This document shows, piece by piece, positions 30,183 through 32,000 of a stretch of DNA of 32,000 nucleotides. The DNA lies in NCBI GenBank assembly GCA_046328475.1, contig JAXLWN010000067.1, positions 4,263 to 36,262 on the forward strand, read 5' to 3'. Positions within the stretch are counted from its first letter, which is position 1. Each line of letters opens with the position of its first letter. The translations under genes and the position numbers were made by a program. The notes below the pieces were generated by a model. The model was given only the letters and a program-made list of their open reading frames with translations, was not told where the DNA came from and did no database searches. The DNA comes from Chloroflexia bacterium (GTDB taxonomy: Bacteria; Chloroflexota; Chloroflexia; Thermomicrobiales; CADCWN01).

Positions 30183-30455
30183 TCATCCCTCCACCCCGGT
30201 CAACTCGGGGGCATCGATCGGTCGCGCGCCCGGTGCGTCGGGTGCGAAGAGTTGCTCGATGCTGGCGCGCAGCTCGGTCAGGCGCTGGGGATCGGTCACC
30301 AGCGCCAGCGTCCCATCGGGCGCGATTTCCAGCGCCGCGCCCGCGCCGAGATAGACCGCCGTCGCGGGCGGCGCGTCGAGCAGCCGCGCGTCGAAGCGAT
30401 CGCCGTGGGCGGCGCGCAGCGCCTGTAGCTCAGCCAACTGCTCCGGTGTGACCAT
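30183..30455 (-). CDS. Small uncharacterised protein (90 aa)
   Basis: ORF MVTPEQLAELQALRAAHGDRFDARLLDAPPATAVYLGAGAALEIAPDGTLALVTDPQRLTELRASIEQLFAPDAPGARPIDAPELTGVEG. Tightly packed between neighbouring genes on the same strand. Confidence 0.5.
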   Translation of the reverse strand: MVTPEQLAELQALRAAHGDRFDARLLDAPPATAVYLGAGAALEIAPDGTLALVTDPQRLTELRASIEQLFAPDAPGARPIDAPELTGVEG

Positions 30456-32000
30456 CTCCGGCCCGGCGGCGAGCCGCTACGGGTCGCCCCAGTCGCCCCA
30501 GCGCCGTGGCCAGGTCGTGCAGCGTGTAGGGCTGCAACGGCCGGGGCTGCGGCTGATCGGCAGGCGAGTTGCGGCACCCGCTCCGCGCCATACCCCTCGT
30601 CGCGCTCGTCGTCGCAGCCCACGGGGCCACCGAATGCCGCCCCGGCGACGAGCAGCGGCCCACGCTCGCCGAATCGCGCCAGGATCAGCTCGCGCACGAC
30701 GAAGAATTCCCAGCGCGCGGCATCCCGGCGACGGGTCAGCGGATCTGCCCCTTGCGCCCCTGCCCGCACCCGGATCGGCTCGTCCCAGGGCTCCAGTTCG
30801 AGTTCATACTGTGGCCCCTCCCCATCGAGCGCGACCGTGACCATCCGCGAGGCGACCGGCCGGACCTGCCGATCCATCAAGGAGAGCAGCAGCTGGCCGA
30901 GGAGGGGTGCCTGCGCCGGGCGATAGCGGATCCGCGCGCGGCGCTGTTGATCGAGCGACCGCAGGGCCGCGTTGCGGGCCAGGGTCGGGCGCGGATAATC
31001 GTCCAGCGAGACGATCGCCTCGCCGAGGGCGTCGCGGAGATAGGCGCGCAGCAGCAGGCGACTGAGCAGCAGCGGGCTGCGCCGTGGATCGAGCAGCGAG
31101 CAACTCGAGTCCTGCAAGCACTGGATACAGACATCGCCGCAACTGGCAAGCAGACGCTGGGCGATCTGCCTGCCGAGTGTGCCAACCGCGCCCGTGGCCG
31201 TATCGTCGTCGTCGGCATCGTCATCGGGACCGGCGTATCCGCTGTTTTCGGCCTGGCGCGCCGGCACCGCCCGGCGTGCCGTGGCACCGTGGTCGCGAAG
31301 GATCGTCCGGTAGAGGCGCTGGAGGGGTGTCGGATCGCCCCCGCCGTCGCCTGCGGCATCGACTTCCGACTCAACCTGCCGGGCGATAGCATAGCGCGCC
31401 TCGGTCAGCGTCGGCTCGCGGCCAAGTTCGTGCGCCAGCGCCTCCCAGCGGATCACGTTGATCTCCTTATAGAGCTGCCAGGAGGAGATTTCGCCGCCCG
31501 CCTTGAGCGCGATCGGCTCGGCGAAGAGGCGGGTCAGGAAGCGGAAATGCGCCTCGGTCAGCACGAAGCCGTGGCGCTCGCGGAAAGCGTCGGTGAGCTC
31601 GCGGATCAACTGATCGGCATCCGCACCGTCGAAGTTGAATGTCGCCTCGCGGATACGCCGGGCCAGTTCCGCCAATTCATCGTCCGGCAAGCGGAGCAAG
31701 GCCCGCCCGAACTGCTCGGCGGCGTGGACCTCGCACTCGGTTGCCTGCCGTTCGAAGACACGCCAGAAGAGTTGCGGTCGATCGCGGAACTCGCGCTGCA
31801 CAGCGTGCATGATCCCGATCCCGCCCGTGCCGAGTTCGTAGACGGTGATGCGCCCCGTCGCCGAGCCGACGTCCATGCGCAAATCGACCCAGCTCGCGAG
31901 CCGCGAGAGGGTTTCCACGCCGCCCACGCTCTCGCAGGTCTGCTTGAGGGCGTGTTCGAGGCTGTGGACGAACAGATCGTCGAGATAGTCGTCGAACCGG
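30430..32000 (-). CDS. C-terminal part of a large DUF1998-like / DpdJ-like helicase-associated protein; 5' end outside window; frameshifted near its 3' end
   Basis: TVYELGTGGIGIMHAV plus Cys cluster LLASCGDVCIQCLQDSSCSLLDPRRSPLLLSRLLL, reminiscent of the DUF1998 GGaG and C..C..C pattern. DpdJ assignment is contextual. Confidence 0.5.

Noticed and set aside
1-32000. CRISPR arrays, tRNA/rRNA genes, transposases or integrases
   Set aside because: Looked for regularly spaced repeats, tRNA cloverleaf/CCA ends and DDE/integrase motifs. None were convincing.

Overview
High-GC bacterial window. Gene content suggests Chloroflexota/Thermomicrobia-like, but that is only an inference. Many ORFs are broken by single-base indels that restore conserved motifs when bridged, so most split genes look like uncorrected assembly errors. 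Left part (1-12482) is an ordinary metabolic/accessory region: a StyA-like monooxygenase fragment, a NitT/TauT-type ABC importer (ATPase, permease, Tat/lipoprotein SBP), a PhzS-like FAD monooxygenase, a PPOX-fold protein, a SnoaL-like protein, a DUF4038-like glycoside hydrolase, a DUF2269 membrane protein, a cysteine hydrolase, a PLP amino-acid decarboxylase, an LLM flavin oxidoreductase and an O-methyltransferase. Right part (13115 to the right edge) looks like a 7-deazapurine-in-DNA (dpd-type) modification/defence island. A plus-strand arm carries yhhQ-like, queC, queD, queE, folE2, a TGT-family dpdA with a DUF5591-like C-terminus, dpdG-like and dpdH-like genes and a small ORF. It converges with a compact minus-strand arm: a DUF1998/DpdJ-like C-terminus running off the edge, a 90-aa ORF, two TPR-like proteins (one with a DUF2325-like tail), an AddB-like Fe-S protein without Walker A, and a UvrD/AddA-like helicase without a nuclease domain. 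The AddB/UvrD pair and the two TPR-like genes beside the dpd core are the best candidates for something undescribed. The intergenic region 12727-13074 before the island has several unexplained inverted repeats.
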